Shown in pieces: positions 22,797 to 32,000 of a DNA stretch of 32,000 nt (position 1 is the stretch's first letter; every line of letters starts with the position of its first letter). The DNA is from Propionibacterium ruminifibrarum (GTDB lineage Bacteria; Actinomycetota; Actinomycetes; Propionibacteriales; Propionibacteriaceae), in contig NZ_OMOH01000002.1 of the NCBI RefSeq assembly GCF_900289195.1, positions 331,206 through 363,205 on the forward strand, written 5' to 3'. A program made the translations under genes and the position numbers. Under the pieces are notes generated by a model. The model searched no databases. It was not told the origin of the DNA and saw only the letters and a program-made list of their open reading frames with translations.

Positions 22797-23720
22797 ATGG
22801 GAACGGACCCGGTGATCCTCACCCGTGGCCTGGTCAAACGGTTCGGCTCGTTCACCGCCCTCGACGGCCTCGACCTGGAGGTCGCGCCCGGCGAGGTGCA
22901 CGGCTTCCTCGGTCCGAACGGTTCCGGCAAGTCCACCACCATCCGCATCCTGCTCGGCCTGCTGCGCGCCGGCGGCGGCCATGTCGAGCTGCTCGGCGGC
23001 GATCCGTGGCGCGACGCGGTCGCGCTGCACCGCCGGATCGCCTACGTGCCCGGGGACGTCTCGCTGTGGCCGGGCCTGTCCGGCGGTGAGGCCATCGACC
23101 TGCTGGGCAGCCTGCGGGGCGGACTGGACATGCGACGCCGGGCCGAGCTCATCGAGCGTTTCGAACTGGACCCCACCAAACGCGGCCGGCAGTACTCCAA
23201 GGGCAACCGGCAGAAGGTTGCCATCGTCGCGGCTCTCGCCTCGGACGCGGAGCTGCTCATCCTGGACGAGCCGACGTCGGGGCTGGACCCGCTCATGGAG
23301 GCCGTCTTCCAGTCCGAGATCGCCGACGAGCGGGCGAGGGGCCGCACGGTGCTGCTGTCCAGCCACATCCTGTCCGAGGTCGAGGCGCTGGCGGACCGGG
23401 TGAGCATCATCCGCCGGGGCCGCGTCATCTCCTCGGGCACCCTGGCCGAGCTGCGCGGCAGCACCCGGACCCGCGTCCGCGTCCGCGTCGAGCGGCTCCC
23501 CGCCGAGCTGTCCGCCCTGCCGCTGGCGGATCCGCGAGTCGACGCGAGCGGCGTGCTGAACGCGTTGGTGGAACCGGACCGCATCGACGAGGCGATGGCC
23601 GCACTGTTGCCCCTCAAGATGTCGGAGCTGGAGGTCTCCCCCGCCTCCCTCGAGGACCTCTTCCTCCACCAGTACGAGGACGCCGCCGATGCCGCTGGGC
23701 ACGAGGGAGGGGACGCGTGA
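22797..23720 (+). CDS. ABC transporter ATP-binding protein (ABC-2/DrrA-like)
   Basis: 307 aa. Walker A GPNGSGKST, signature variant YSKGNRQKV, Walker B LLILDEPTSGLD, H-loop SSHIL. It starts 2 nt after the tetR stop. Confidence 0.92.
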   Translation: MGTDPVILTRGLVKRFGSFTALDGLDLEVAPGEVHGFLGPNGSGKSTTIRILLGLLRAGGGHVELLGGDPWRDAVALHRRIAYVPGDVSLWPGLSGGEAIDLLGSLRGGLDMRRRAELIERFELDPTKRGRQYSKGNRQKVAIVAALASDAELLILDEPTSGLDPLMEAVFQSEIADERARGRTVLLSSHILSEVEALADRVSIIRRGRVISSGTLAELRGSTRTRVRVRVERLPAELSALPLADPRVDASGVLNALVEPDRIDEAMAALLPLKMSELEVSPASLEDLFLHQYEDAADAAGHEGGDA

Positions 23721-25354
23721 TGCCGGCCGTCGGGGCACGCCCGTCGCGGCCCGGTGGCGGGCGCCCCGCGCCCTGGTACACCGGAATCCGGCCGCTGCTC
23801 GTCGCAACCCTGCGCCAGGAGGCCAGGGCCACCATGGCCTGGATCGTGCTCGTCAGTGTCCTGTCGGCGAGCTCGATCGCCGCCTACCGCTGGATCTTCC
23901 CCGATGCGGCGGACCGCGAGGCACTGGCCCTGACCATGTCCTCGAGCCCGGCCCTCGAACTGATCTTCGGGCCGGCCCGCGACCTCATGACGAATGACGG
24001 CTTCAACGCCTGGCGCGCCGGGATGCTCGGCGCCCTGCTGTCCGGGCTCATGACAATCCTGCTCGTCATCCGCACCTCACGCGCGGAGGAGGACTCCGGA
24101 CGCGCCGAGCTCGTCGCCGCGGGCGTCATCAGCCGGCGGGCGCGGCTGGTCGTACCGGTCGTCGCGGCGGTCCTGGCCTCCGGTGCGCTCGGTGCGCTGT
24201 GCTTCCTCCTCACCTGGGCGTTCGGCGGCCAACCCACCCCGACGCTCGTCCTCTCGGCGAACTTCACCGCCTCGGCGCTGGTCTTCGGCGCGCTGGCCGC
24301 GCTCACCGCACAGCTCGGTTCCGAGGCGCACACCGCGAACTGGCTGGCGATCGGCCCGATGGGGGTGCTCTACGGGGCGCGCGGCTACCTCGATGCGAGC
24401 GACGCACCGGAGTGGACGCAGTGGCTGACCCCCTTCGGCTGGTTCGAGCGGACCGGGCCGGCCGCCGAGAACGATCCGCGGCCGCTGCTCGCCGCGCTCG
24501 GCCTGACGGTGGTGCTCCTCGCTGCCGCCCTGGTCGCGGCCGGCCGCCGGGATTTCGGTCTCGGCTTCGTTCCGCTTCGCGCCGGACGCGCGGCGGCCCC
24601 GCGGCTGGGCGTTTGGTTGTTCCCGTGGCGCCTGCACCGCGCCTCACTCGCCGGCTGGGGCCTCGCCTTCGCGCTGCTCGGCATCGTCATGGGCACGCTG
24701 AGCACCTCGGTCGGCTCCATCCTGGCCGACAACCCGGTGATCGCCGCTCGCATCGCCACCGGCGCGACGAGCACGGCCGAGCTCAGCACCGTCTTCATCG
24801 TGACGGTCCTCCAACTGATCGGCATCGTCGCCGCGATCATGGGCGCGCAGATCGTCCTGCGCGTCCACGCGGAGGAGCTGGAGCACCGACTCGAGCCGCT
24901 GCTGGCCGGCCCGCTGCACCGCGGCCGCTACCTGGCGGCCAACGTCATGGTGGCGCTCGTGGCGACCGGCTGCGCACTGCTCATCGCCGGCTCCGGCATC
25001 GGGCTGGTGAACGCGGCGGACGGGACGGGCGTCGGGTTCGGCGAGGCGCTGTACCAGGGCGCCTGCACGATCCCCGCGGTATGGCTGCTCGTCGGACTCT
25101 CGACGGCGACCGTCGGCGCGTGCCCAGGGCTGCGCACGATCGGCTGGGGCGGCATCGTGGCGACCTTCGCCATCACGTTGCTGGGGCCGACGTTCAACCT
25201 GCCGGAATGGGCGCTGTCGATCAGCCCGATGCACCACGTGCCGAACGTCATGGCGGACGACGTCGAGTGGACCGGACTGGCCGTCGTGTCGGCCATCGCG
25301 CTCGTGCTCTGGGCGATCGGGTTCGCCGGGTTCGTGCGCAGGGACCTGTCCTGA
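23717..25354 (+). CDS. ABC-2-type exporter permease, large fused form (about 12 hydrophobic segments)
   Basis: 545 aa, highly hydrophobic. The GTG at 23717 or ATG at 23720 overlaps the ATPase stop. Size and tetR+ATPase context resemble the putative-antibiotic-exporter permease group; that assignment is from memory and unverified. Confidence 0.8.
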   Translation: MMPAVGARPSRPGGGRPAPWYTGIRPLLVATLRQEARATMAWIVLVSVLSASSIAAYRWIFPDAADREALALTMSSSPALELIFGPARDLMTNDGFNAWRAGMLGALLSGLMTILLVIRTSRAEEDSGRAELVAAGVISRRARLVVPVVAAVLASGALGALCFLLTWAFGGQPTPTLVLSANFTASALVFGALAALTAQLGSEAHTANWLAIGPMGVLYGARGYLDASDAPEWTQWLTPFGWFERTGPAAENDPRPLLAALGLTVVLLAAALVAAGRRDFGLGFVPLRAGRAAAPRLGVWLFPWRLHRASLAGWGLAFALLGIVMGTLSTSVGSILADNPVIAARIATGATSTAELSTVFIVTVLQLIGIVAAIMGAQIVLRVHAEELEHRLEPLLAGPLHRGRYLAANVMVALVATGCALLIAGSGIGLVNAADGTGVGFGEALYQGACTIPAVWLLVGLSTATVGACPGLRTIGWGGIVATFAITLLGPTFNLPEWALSISPMHHVPNVMADDVEWTGLAVVSAIALVLWAIGFAGFVRRDLS

Positions 25355-25416
25355 TCCTCACGGCCCCGCCACTGCGGTGTCCGGGCACGGCGTGACGTGC
25401 GAATGAGGAACCCGGA

Positions 25417-25457
25417 CATAAAAGCGGCTGGGATCCCCACCCCCTGGGATCCCAGCC
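25417..25457 (-). terminator. Intrinsic terminator of nusA (also serves the convergent ABC operon)
   Basis: 12-bp perfect stem GGCTGGGATCCC (25426-25437) / GGGATCCCAGCC (25446-25457) with an 8-nt loop. On the minus strand it is followed by GCTTTTAT (T-tract at 25420-25423). It lies 87 nt after the nusA stop and 72 nt after the permease stop. Confidence 0.72.
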
Positions 25458-25543
25458 ATAGGTGTAAACGAGCGGGAGAGTGATTCACCCTCAACCGGTC
25501 GTTCACGACCCGCATATGAAGCTACCACACGAGAATGCCCGGG

Positions 25544-26536
25544 TCAACTTGGGGTTGTAGAGGGTGAGTTGGGGGTGATATCCGGTTTGATGTCGATCCT
25601 CCAGCCGGTGAGCCTGGCGGCGAGCCGGACGTTCTGCCCCTCCCTGCCGATCGCCAGGGAGAGCTGGTAGTCGGGCACGACGACGCGTGCGGTCCGCGCG
25701 GCCTCGTCGATGATCTCCACGCCGACCGTCTTCGCGGGGCTCAGGGAGTTGCCGACGTACACGGCCGGGTCCTCGGACCAGTCGATGATGTCGATCTTCT
25801 CGTCGTTCAGTTCACGCATGACGGCGCGCACTCGCTGCCCCATCGGGCCGATGCAGGCGCCCTTGGCGGAGACGTCGGCGTTGTGGGAGACGACCGCGAT
25901 CTTGGAGCGGTGGCCGGCCTCGCGGGCCAGTCCCATGATCTCGACGACACCCTGCTCCACCTCGGGAACCTCGAGCTCGAAGAGCTTCTTGACGAGGTTG
26001 GGGTGGGTACGGCTGACCATCACCCGGGGACCGCGGGCCTCCATGCGGACACTCACGACGTAGACCCGCAGGCGTGTGCCGTGCTCGTACGTCTCGCCCG
26101 GGGCCTGCTCGGCCAGGGGCATGAGACCCTCGATCCCACCCAGGTCGACACGCACCGTCCGGTTGTCGCCGTCCTTCTGGACGACACCGGTGAGGATGTC
26201 GCCCTCGGAGGCACTGAACTTGCCGTACTTGCGCTCGTCCTCGGCCTCGCGCAGCCGCTGGAAGATCACCTGACGGGCCGTGGAGGCGGCGACCCGCCCG
26301 AAATCGGCGGGGGTGTCGTCGTACTCGCCGACGAGGTCGCCGTTCTCGTCGCGCTCGGGAACCATGACCGAGGCCTTGCCGGACCTGCGGTCGAGCACCA
26401 CGCGCGCACCGGGCTTGGGGTTCTCGGTCTTGGTGTAGGCGTTGTAGAGCGCGTCCTCGATGGCGCTCACCAAGTAGTCGAGGGGGATGTCCTTCTCATT
26501 GCCGATGGCCTTCAGGGCCGACATGTCCACGTCCAT
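25544..26536 (-). CDS. nusA: Transcription termination/antitermination factor NusA
   Basis: Track ORF 25544..26551. I start at ATG 26536 ([22 protein letters not shown]...) because AGGAGG lies 6 nt upstream. S1 and KH domains are present ([24 protein letters not shown]; [11 protein letters not shown]; [22 protein letters not shown]). Confidence 0.94.
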   Translation of the reverse strand: MDVDMSALKAIGNEKDIPLDYLVSAIEDALYNAYTKTENPKPGARVVLDRRSGKASVMVPERDENGDLVGEYDDTPADFGRVAASTARQVIFQRLREAEDERKYGKFSASEGDILTGVVQKDGDNRTVRVDLGGIEGLMPLAEQAPGETYEHGTRLRVYVVSVRMEARGPRVMVSRTHPNLVKKLFELEVPEVEQGVVEIMGLAREAGHRSKIAVVSHNADVSAKGACIGPMGQRVRAVMRELNDEKIDIIDWSEDPAVYVGNSLSPAKTVGVEIIDEAARTARVVVPDYQLSLAIGREGQNVRLAARLTGWRIDIKPDITPNSPSTTPS

Positions 26537-26537
26537 C

Positions 26538-27026
26538 TCAGGCCTCCTCATCCTTGGGGTTCATCTCAACCTGGACGACGGCACGACGCACCTCGTCGAA
26601 ACCGACGCGGCGCACCCGGCCGTCGACGTCCACGTCGGCACCGGTGTCGTCGACGGCCCGGATGCGGCCGACGAATCGGTCACCGTCGACGGGGGTGATC
26701 CGGACCAGCCGGGAGAGGTTGCGGCGCCAGTGGGCCGGGCGTTCGAGCGGCGAGGACACCCCGCGGGAACCGACCTCGAGCGTGTACGGCGCATCACCGA
26801 CGGCGTCGGACTCGTCGAGCGCCGCCGAGATGGCGCGCGTGGCCTCGGCGATGTCGTCGATGGTGGGGCCGCGGCCATCCGGGCCGTCCCCATCGAGCGT
26901 GATCCGCAGGACGCTGCGCTTACCGGCTCTCACCACGGTGAGGTCATCCAATTCAAGTGCGTGCGCGGCCACGACGGGTTCGAGCACGGATACCAACGCT
27001 GATTCGTTCACGGGCCGGTCCTTCAT
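26538..27026 (-). CDS. rimP: Ribosome maturation factor RimP
   Basis: Track ORF 26538..27053 starts at a TTG. The sequence is RimP-like (LELDDLTVVRAGKRSVLRITLDGD...YTLEVGSRGVSSPLERPAHWRR) and sits directly upstream of nusA, one nucleotide between its stop and the nusA ATG. The start is uncertain: ATG 27026 or GTG 27011. Confidence 0.8.
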   Translation of the reverse strand: MKDRPVNESALVSVLEPVVAAHALELDDLTVVRAGKRSVLRITLDGDGPDGRGPTIDDIAEATRAISAALDESDAVGDAPYTLEVGSRGVSSPLERPAHWRRNLSRLVRITPVDGDRFVGRIRAVDDTGADVDVDGRVRRVGFDEVRRAVVQVEMNPKDEEA

Positions 27027-27156
27027 CCTCTTGTCGTTCAGGTTGTGCCTCAAGCATAGGCGAGGGCGGCCCGTCGGCCGGGGACCACGGCACGCGGGCC
27101 GCCTCCCCCTCGGGCGCGGGCACGACCGCCGTGGTCCGCCGCACTAGGGTGTGGGC

Positions 27157-28170
27157 ATGGTCACCCGCAGGATGATTCTGGCCGTTCCGGTGCTGGGCGC
27201 CCTGGCGTCCTGCGCACCCTCCCCCGTCGTGACGTCCGGGTCCTCGGCGACGACGGGCACCCTGGCGCCCGACGACCCCCGGTACGTCGCCGCCGCGGTG
27301 GAGACCGAGCTGGCCGCGCTCACGACGGCTCTGGCCGGCGCGGCGACGGACCCGGACGCGGGCCTGGCCCCATGGTGCCGGGGCGCGGCCGAGGCCCACG
27401 CCGCGCACGCACGGGTCCTGCTGCAGGCCGATCCACTGGGCGGCACCGGGTCCGACCGCTCCCCCGTGGCCGACCCCCCGTCGCCGAGCGCCACCGCGAC
27501 GCCCGCCGGGTCGCAGTCCCTGGCCCGGGCCTACCGGGACGCGGCCGAATCCCACCGGGCGGCGGCGCTGGACGAGCAGGACCCGTCGATGCGCATGCTC
27601 TGGTGCTCGCTGGCCGTCTTCGCCGCTCGCGGAGCGGCGTGCGCCGATGCCTCGTCGTTCACTCCGGCCCCGGTCGCCGGACGTGCCGTTCCCGTGCACG
27701 TCGAGGCCGGTACCGCGCCCGAGGCCATGGCCGCGCTCGTCAGTCGCGTCGATGCCCTGCGTTACGGGCTGGAGACGATGATCGGCCGTTCGGGGGGCGG
27801 CCGCGACGACATGTCGGCCCGCAGCGACCAGGCCGACGCGCTGCGGGTCGAGCTGGCCGGGCGGATCACAGCGGCCGGCGGGCAGGTGCCCGGCCCCGAG
27901 CTGGAGTACGAGCTGGACGGCGACCCCGACGACGCCGGCGCGCGTGACGGCATCTGGGCCCGTCTGGAGGACGATCTGCTGGCCGGCTGGGTGCGCCTGG
28001 CGGCCGCCACGACGGGGGCCTCCGGCTCGCCCTCGCCGGATTCCGGCCCCAGCGCGCAATCCTCCGCCGACCCGTACGGGCTGGACGAGATCATCGAGCA
28101 GGCGACGCAGCAGGCCGCTCAGGCCCCCCTGCACGGGCTCGGCACCAGCACCTGGCCCGGCTGGGTGTGA
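27157..28170 (+). CDS. Alanine-rich putative Tat-exported lipoprotein (possibly DUF4439/ferritin-like family)
   Basis: Track ORF 27151..28170. The N-terminus MVTRRMILAVPVLGALASCAPSP has a twin-arginine motif, a hydrophobic core and a lipobox L-A-S-C. An Ala-rich protein on the opposite strand between rimP and proS is a conserved actinobacterial arrangement (from memory of the Mycobacterium locus). Start is ATG 27157 or GTG 27151. Confidence 0.65.
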   Translation: MVTRRMILAVPVLGALASCAPSPVVTSGSSATTGTLAPDDPRYVAAAVETELAALTTALAGAATDPDAGLAPWCRGAAEAHAAHARVLLQADPLGGTGSDRSPVADPPSPSATATPAGSQSLARAYRDAAESHRAAALDEQDPSMRMLWCSLAVFAARGAACADASSFTPAPVAGRAVPVHVEAGTAPEAMAALVSRVDALRYGLETMIGRSGGGRDDMSARSDQADALRVELAGRITAAGGQVPGPELEYELDGDPDDAGARDGIWARLEDDLLAGWVRLAAATTGASGSPSPDSGPSAQSSADPYGLDEIIEQATQQAAQAPLHGLGTSTWPGWV

Positions 28171-28173
28171 GGC

Positions 28174-29949
28174 TCACTCGCCGCGCACGGCGGCGAGGAC
28201 CTGGTCGACGACCTCGTCCACGCCGACCTCGCGACGCTCGCCGCTGGCGCGGTCGCGCAACTCGACGACGCCCTGGGCCAGACCACGGCCGACCACCACG
28301 ATGGTGGGCATGCCGAGCAGTTCGGCGTCGTTGAACTTCACCCCGGGGCTGGCCTTGCGATCGTCGAGCAGGACGGGGACGCCGGCCCCGTCGAGCGCCT
28401 CGGCGATCTCGGCCGCCTTGGCGGCGATCTCCTCCCCCTTGCCAGTGGCGATCACCTGCACCTGGAACGGCGCGACCTCGCGGGGCCAGCACAGGCCCTT
28501 GTCGTCGCAGCTGGACTCGACGATCATGGCGACGGCCCGGGTGACGCCGATGCCGTAGGAGCCCATGGTGACGGTGACGAGCTTGCCGTTGCGGTCGAGC
28601 ACCTGAAGCCCCAGGGCCTGGGCGTACTTGCGGCCGAGCTGGAAGATGTGGCCCATCTCGACGCCGCGGGCGAGGCTCAGCGGGCCGGAGCCGTCGGGGG
28701 CCGGGTCGCCTTCGCGGATCTCGGCGACGTCGCCCGTGCCGTCGCCGGTGAAGTCCCGGCCGGCGACGAGCCCGATGACGTGCCGCTGATCCTCGTTGGC
28801 GCCGGTCACCCAGCTGGTGCCGGGCACGACGCGGGGGTCGAGCAGGTAGCGCACCCCGGCTGGGGCCTCGGCGCCGAGGAACTGGGCGCCCTCCCTGGCC
28901 GGGCCGATGTAGCCCTTGACGAGCTGGGGGAACCGTTCGAAGTCCTCGTCGGTGAAGTCGGTGACCTCGGCTGGGGCGAGGGCCGCCTCGAGGCGCCTGG
29001 TGTCGACGGCGCGGTCCCCCGGCAGGCCGATGACGACGGGCTCGCGGGCACCGTCCGGGGACTCGGTCATGAAGACGACGTTCTTGAGGGTGTCCGCGGC
29101 GGTCCAGGCGCGGTCGGGGCGTGGGTAGCTGCTGTTGAGCAGGTCGACGAGGGTGTCGATGGTGGGAACCTCGGGCGTGTCGACGACCCGGGCGGGCGGG
29201 GCGTCGTCGTAGGGCAGCGGGTCGGGGGCCGGCACGGCGACGGCCTCGATGTTGGCCGCGTAGCCGCCGGGCGAGCGCACGAAGGTGTCCTCGCCATTGT
29301 CGGTGACGGCCAGGAACTCCTCCGACGCCGAGCCGCCCATGGCGCCGGCATTGGCCTTGACGATGACGTACTCGAAGCCGAGGCGGTCGAAGATCTTGAT
29401 GTAGGCCTCGCGGTGCCTGGCGTAGCTGGCGTCCAGCCCCTCGTCGTCGACGTCGAAGGAGTAGGAGTCCTTCATGACGAACTCGCGGCCGCGCAGCACG
29501 CCGGCGCGGGGGCGGGCCTCGTCGCGGTACTTGTTCTGGATCTGGTAGAGCGTGACCGGCAGGTCCTTGTAGGACGAGTAGAGGTCCTTGACCATGAGGG
29601 TGAACATCTCCTCATGGGTGGGGCCGAGCAGCATGTCGGCGCCCTTGCGGTCGACCAGCCGGAACAGATTGGGGCCGTACTCGGTCCACCGGCCGGAGTC
29701 CTCGTAGGGCTCGCGGGGCAGCAGGGCGGGCAGGCGGACCTCCTGGGCGCCCATGGCGTTCATCTCCTCGCGGACGATGGCCTCGACGCGCGCCAGGACA
29801 CGCAGGCCGAGCGGCAACCACGAGTAGATGCCGGGGGCGACGCGGCGGACGTAGCCGGCCCGGACGAGGAAGCGGTGGCTGGGGATCTCCGCGTCCGCGG
29901 GGTCGTCTCGCAGCGTGCGCACGAAGAGCGTGCTCATTCGGGTAATCAC
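28174..29949 (-). CDS. proS: Proline--tRNA ligase (bacterial type with INS editing domain)
   Basis: 591 aa. [48 protein letters not shown] is the canonical actinobacterial ProS N-terminus. Class II motifs and the C-terminal anticodon-binding domain are present. The start is GTG. Confidence 0.94.
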   Translation of the reverse strand: MITRMSTLFVRTLRDDPADAEIPSHRFLVRAGYVRRVAPGIYSWLPLGLRVLARVEAIVREEMNAMGAQEVRLPALLPREPYEDSGRWTEYGPNLFRLVDRKGADMLLGPTHEEMFTLMVKDLYSSYKDLPVTLYQIQNKYRDEARPRAGVLRGREFVMKDSYSFDVDDEGLDASYARHREAYIKIFDRLGFEYVIVKANAGAMGGSASEEFLAVTDNGEDTFVRSPGGYAANIEAVAVPAPDPLPYDDAPPARVVDTPEVPTIDTLVDLLNSSYPRPDRAWTAADTLKNVVFMTESPDGAREPVVIGLPGDRAVDTRRLEAALAPAEVTDFTDEDFERFPQLVKGYIGPAREGAQFLGAEAPAGVRYLLDPRVVPGTSWVTGANEDQRHVIGLVAGRDFTGDGTGDVAEIREGDPAPDGSGPLSLARGVEMGHIFQLGRKYAQALGLQVLDRNGKLVTVTMGSYGIGVTRAVAMIVESSCDDKGLCWPREVAPFQVQVIATGKGEEIAAKAAEIAEALDGAGVPVLLDDRKASPGVKFNDAELLGMPTIVVVGRGLAQGVVELRDRASGERREVGVDEVVDQVLAAVRGE

Positions 29950-30061
29950 TGGAACTGGTGCCTTTCTCGAAGCCGTGCCGAGCCAATCCTAGTGCCGGGT
30001 CCGGCGCCGATCCGGTCCGGCCCGAACACGTCCGGAGGCCGAGGGCCTGGCCGTCGGAAGG

Positions 30062-30946
30062 CTAGTAGAGGATGGTGGCGAGTTCACCCGCCTGCCTGAA
30101 ACCCACGTGGTCGTAGACCGCGCGCGCCGCGGTGTTGTAGTCGTTGACGTACAGCGAGACCACCGGGTACCGGCGTCGGGCCAGTTCGACGACGCGGGCC
30201 ATGGCCGGTACCGCCAGACCCCTGCCCCGCAGCTCGGGGCTCACCCACACCCCCTGGATCTGGCAGGTGCCGCGGTGCACGGCGCCGATGTCGGACTTGA
30301 ACCAGAACCGCCCCGCCGCCTCGTCGTAGGCGCCGAACGCGCGGCCGGTCCCGATGAGCTCGCGCACGTGGGCGGCGTAGCTGTTGGTGGCGTCGAGGGG
30401 GCTGGCGCCGACCTCCTCGGTGTACATCGACACGGCGGCGTCGAAGTAGGGCTCGAAACGGCCGGCGCCGACCTGCTCGACACGCCGGTCGCCGGGGACG
30501 GCCGGCGGGTGGTCGATGACCAGGAGCGGCTGGTGTGAGCGGACGGATCGGGCGCCGCGCCACGCCTCGCCCCAGCGGGAGACGAGGCGCTCGTGGAGGG
30601 CGGCGACGGCGGAAGACGGCCCCATGATGGCCTGGCTGGCGCGGCGCGGGCCCAGGCGGTCCGTGAAGGCGTCGAGGGCGGCGGGGTCGTCGCCGGCCAG
30701 GACGAGGTTGGCGCCGGCGTGGCAGGCCGCGACCAGACGGTCGCCACGGAAGTAGCCCCAGATGTGGCAGCCGAGGGCGGCCGGGGACAGGCCGGCCGTG
30801 TCGAGGCGTGAACTGATGAAGATGTTCTCGAGCGGGCGCTCGTCCAGCAGGGCGCGCAGCACGGGAAGATCCATCGGTTCGAGGACTCTGGCCCTGCCAC
30901 GTTGCGGCGGGCGCGAGACCGGCCCGGACCGATGGAAGAAGGGCAT
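30062..30946 (-). CDS. GNAT-family N-acetyltransferase (DUF4081-like N-terminus + GNAT C-terminus)
   Basis: 294 aa. The C-terminal acetyl-CoA motif QGVWVSPELRGRGLAVPAMARVVELARR and ...YVNDYNTAARAVYDHVGFRQ. The start ATG shares one nucleotide with the ispG stop (TGATG). Confidence 0.8.
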   Translation of the reverse strand: MPFFHRSGPVSRPPQRGRARVLEPMDLPVLRALLDERPLENIFISSRLDTAGLSPAALGCHIWGYFRGDRLVAACHAGANLVLAGDDPAALDAFTDRLGPRRASQAIMGPSSAVAALHERLVSRWGEAWRGARSVRSHQPLLVIDHPPAVPGDRRVEQVGAGRFEPYFDAAVSMYTEEVGASPLDATNSYAAHVRELIGTGRAFGAYDEAAGRFWFKSDIGAVHRGTCQIQGVWVSPELRGRGLAVPAMARVVELARRRYPVVSLYVNDYNTAARAVYDHVGFRQAGELATILY

Positions 30947-32000
30947 CAGACGAGGACCTGCGGCGTGCCCTGCTCGGGGAACTCCGCCGCCATCTCGTGC
31001 GCCATGGTGATGAGGGTCTCGACGATCTCGCTCTCGGGCACGGTCTTGATGACCTGGCCCTTGGCGATGATCTGGCCCTTGCCGTTGCCGGAGGCCACCC
31101 CCAGGTCGGCTTCGCGGGCCTCTCCGGGGCCGTTCACGACACAGCCCATGACGGCGACCCGGATCGGGACGGTCATGTCCTTGAGGGCCTCGGTGACCTG
31201 ATCGGCCAGGGTGTAGACGTCCACCTGGGCGCGGCCGCAGCTGGGACAGCTGACGATCTCGAACTGGCGGGGCCTCAGGTTGAGTGACTCGAGGATCTTG
31301 ACGCCGACCTTGACCTCCTGGACAGGGTCGGCCGACAGGGAGACGCGGATGGTGTCGCCGATGCCCTCGGCGAGGAGCGCACCGAAGGCGACGGAGGACT
31401 TGATGGTGCCCTGGAAGGCCGGGCCGGCCTCGGTGACGCCCAGGTGCAGCGGGTAGTCGCAGGCGGCCGACAGGCGACGATAGGCCTGGATCATGATGAC
31501 CGGGTCGTGGTGCTTGACCGAGATGGCGAAGTCGCCGAAGCCGACGTCCTCGAAGAGGCGGGCCTCGTTGAGCGCCGACTGGACGAGCGCGCCGGCCGGG
31601 TCGGTCTTGTACATCTCCATGAGGCGCTTGTCGAGGGAGCCGGCGTTGATGCCGATGCGCAGGGCCGTGCCGTGGTCGGTGGCGGCCCTGGCGATCTCGG
31701 AGACCTTGTCGTCGAACTTCTTGATGTTGCCGGGGTTGACGCGCACGCCGGCGCAGCCGGCGTCGATGGCCGCGAAGACGTACTTCGGGTTGAAGTGGAT
31801 GTCGGCGACGACCGGGATCTGGGACTTGGCGGCGATGGCGGCCAGCGCATCGGCGTCGTCCTGGCTCGGGACGGCGACGCGGACGATGTCGCAGCCGGCC
31901 GCGGTCAGCTGGGCGATCTGCTGCAGCGTCGCGTCGACGTTGGCCGTGAGGGTGTTGGTCATCGACTGCACGGAGACCGGGGCGTCACCGCCCATGGCGA
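30946..32000 (-). CDS. ispG: 4-hydroxy-3-methylbut-2-en-1-yl diphosphate synthase IspG/GcpE (N-terminus beyond right edge)
   Basis: Track ORF 30946..31995. [14 protein letters not shown]...CDIVRVAVP...ADIHFNPKY...VRVNPGNI...SCPSCGR...[11 protein letters not shown] are IspG hallmarks. The reading frame stays open to position 32000. Confidence 0.94.
   Translation of the reverse strand, partial: AMGGDAPVSVQSMTNTLTANVDATLQQIAQLTAAGCDIVRVAVPSQDDADALAAIAAKSQIPVVADIHFNPKYVFAAIDAGCAGVRVNPGNIKKFDDKVSEIARAATDHGTALRIGINAGSLDKRLMEMYKTDPAGALVQSALNEARLFEDVGFGDFAISVKHHDPVIMIQAYRRLSAACDYPLHLGVTEAGPAFQGTIKSSVAFGALLAEGIGDTIRVSLSADPVQEVKVGVKILESLNLRPRQFEIVSCPSCGRAQVDVYTLADQVTEALKDMTVPIRVAVMGCVVNGPGEAREADLGVASGNGKGQIIAKGQVIKTVPESEIVETLITMAHEMAAEFPEQGTPQVLV

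Noticed and set aside
25476-25492. GAGAGTGATTCACCCTC near-palindrome downstream of nusA, sharing the GTGATTCAC core with hairpin B (990-1000)
   Set aside because: A single 9-mer match is too short to link the two loci. There is no loop for a hairpin and no flanking similarity to the 130-nt element.

Overview
High-GC (roughly 70%) Actinomycetota chromosomal segment. It looks Propionibacteriales-like by gene order, but the taxon is inference only. I call about 27 protein genes. I saw no rRNA or tRNA, no CRISPR, no transposase, integrase or phage genes, and no recognisable defence genes. The backbone is the conserved minus-strand translation/RNA-metabolism string: ispG-GNAT, proS, rimP-nusA, ylxR-infB-rbfA-truB, ribF, rpsO, pnp, dapB. 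It is interrupted twice. (i) A plus-strand tetR + ABC ATPase + large fused permease cassette (22156-25354) sits between nusA and ylxR-infB, and nusA carries its own hairpin+T-tract terminator. (ii) A ~12-kb metabolic block lies between truB and ribF: an uncharacterised membrane protein, cstA-ybdD, a four-gene NAD-linked formate dehydrogenase module (fdsG-fdsB-fdsA-fdhD) and glpF-glpK. The most unusual signal is non-coding and lies in the 535-bp pnp-dapB spacer. It holds two diverged, oppositely oriented copies of a ~130-nt nested-hairpin element. Their stems differ in sequence yet stay perfectly complementary, while the internal loops are almost identical (structure-preserving covariation). 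Other items worth a second look: an operator-like inverted repeat over the tetR promoter in the region shared with ylxR-infB; three ATGA-chained mini-ORFs (also 8-mer repeats) just upstream of the infB RBS; phased TTGCA motifs and palindromes between glpF and the fds operon; leaderless-type TANNNT-N6-start geometry at two genes; and the rpsO-pnp leader. I did not find a convincing novel multi-gene system. Most of the window is ordinary housekeeping DNA, and many long track ORFs are high-GC antisense artefacts.
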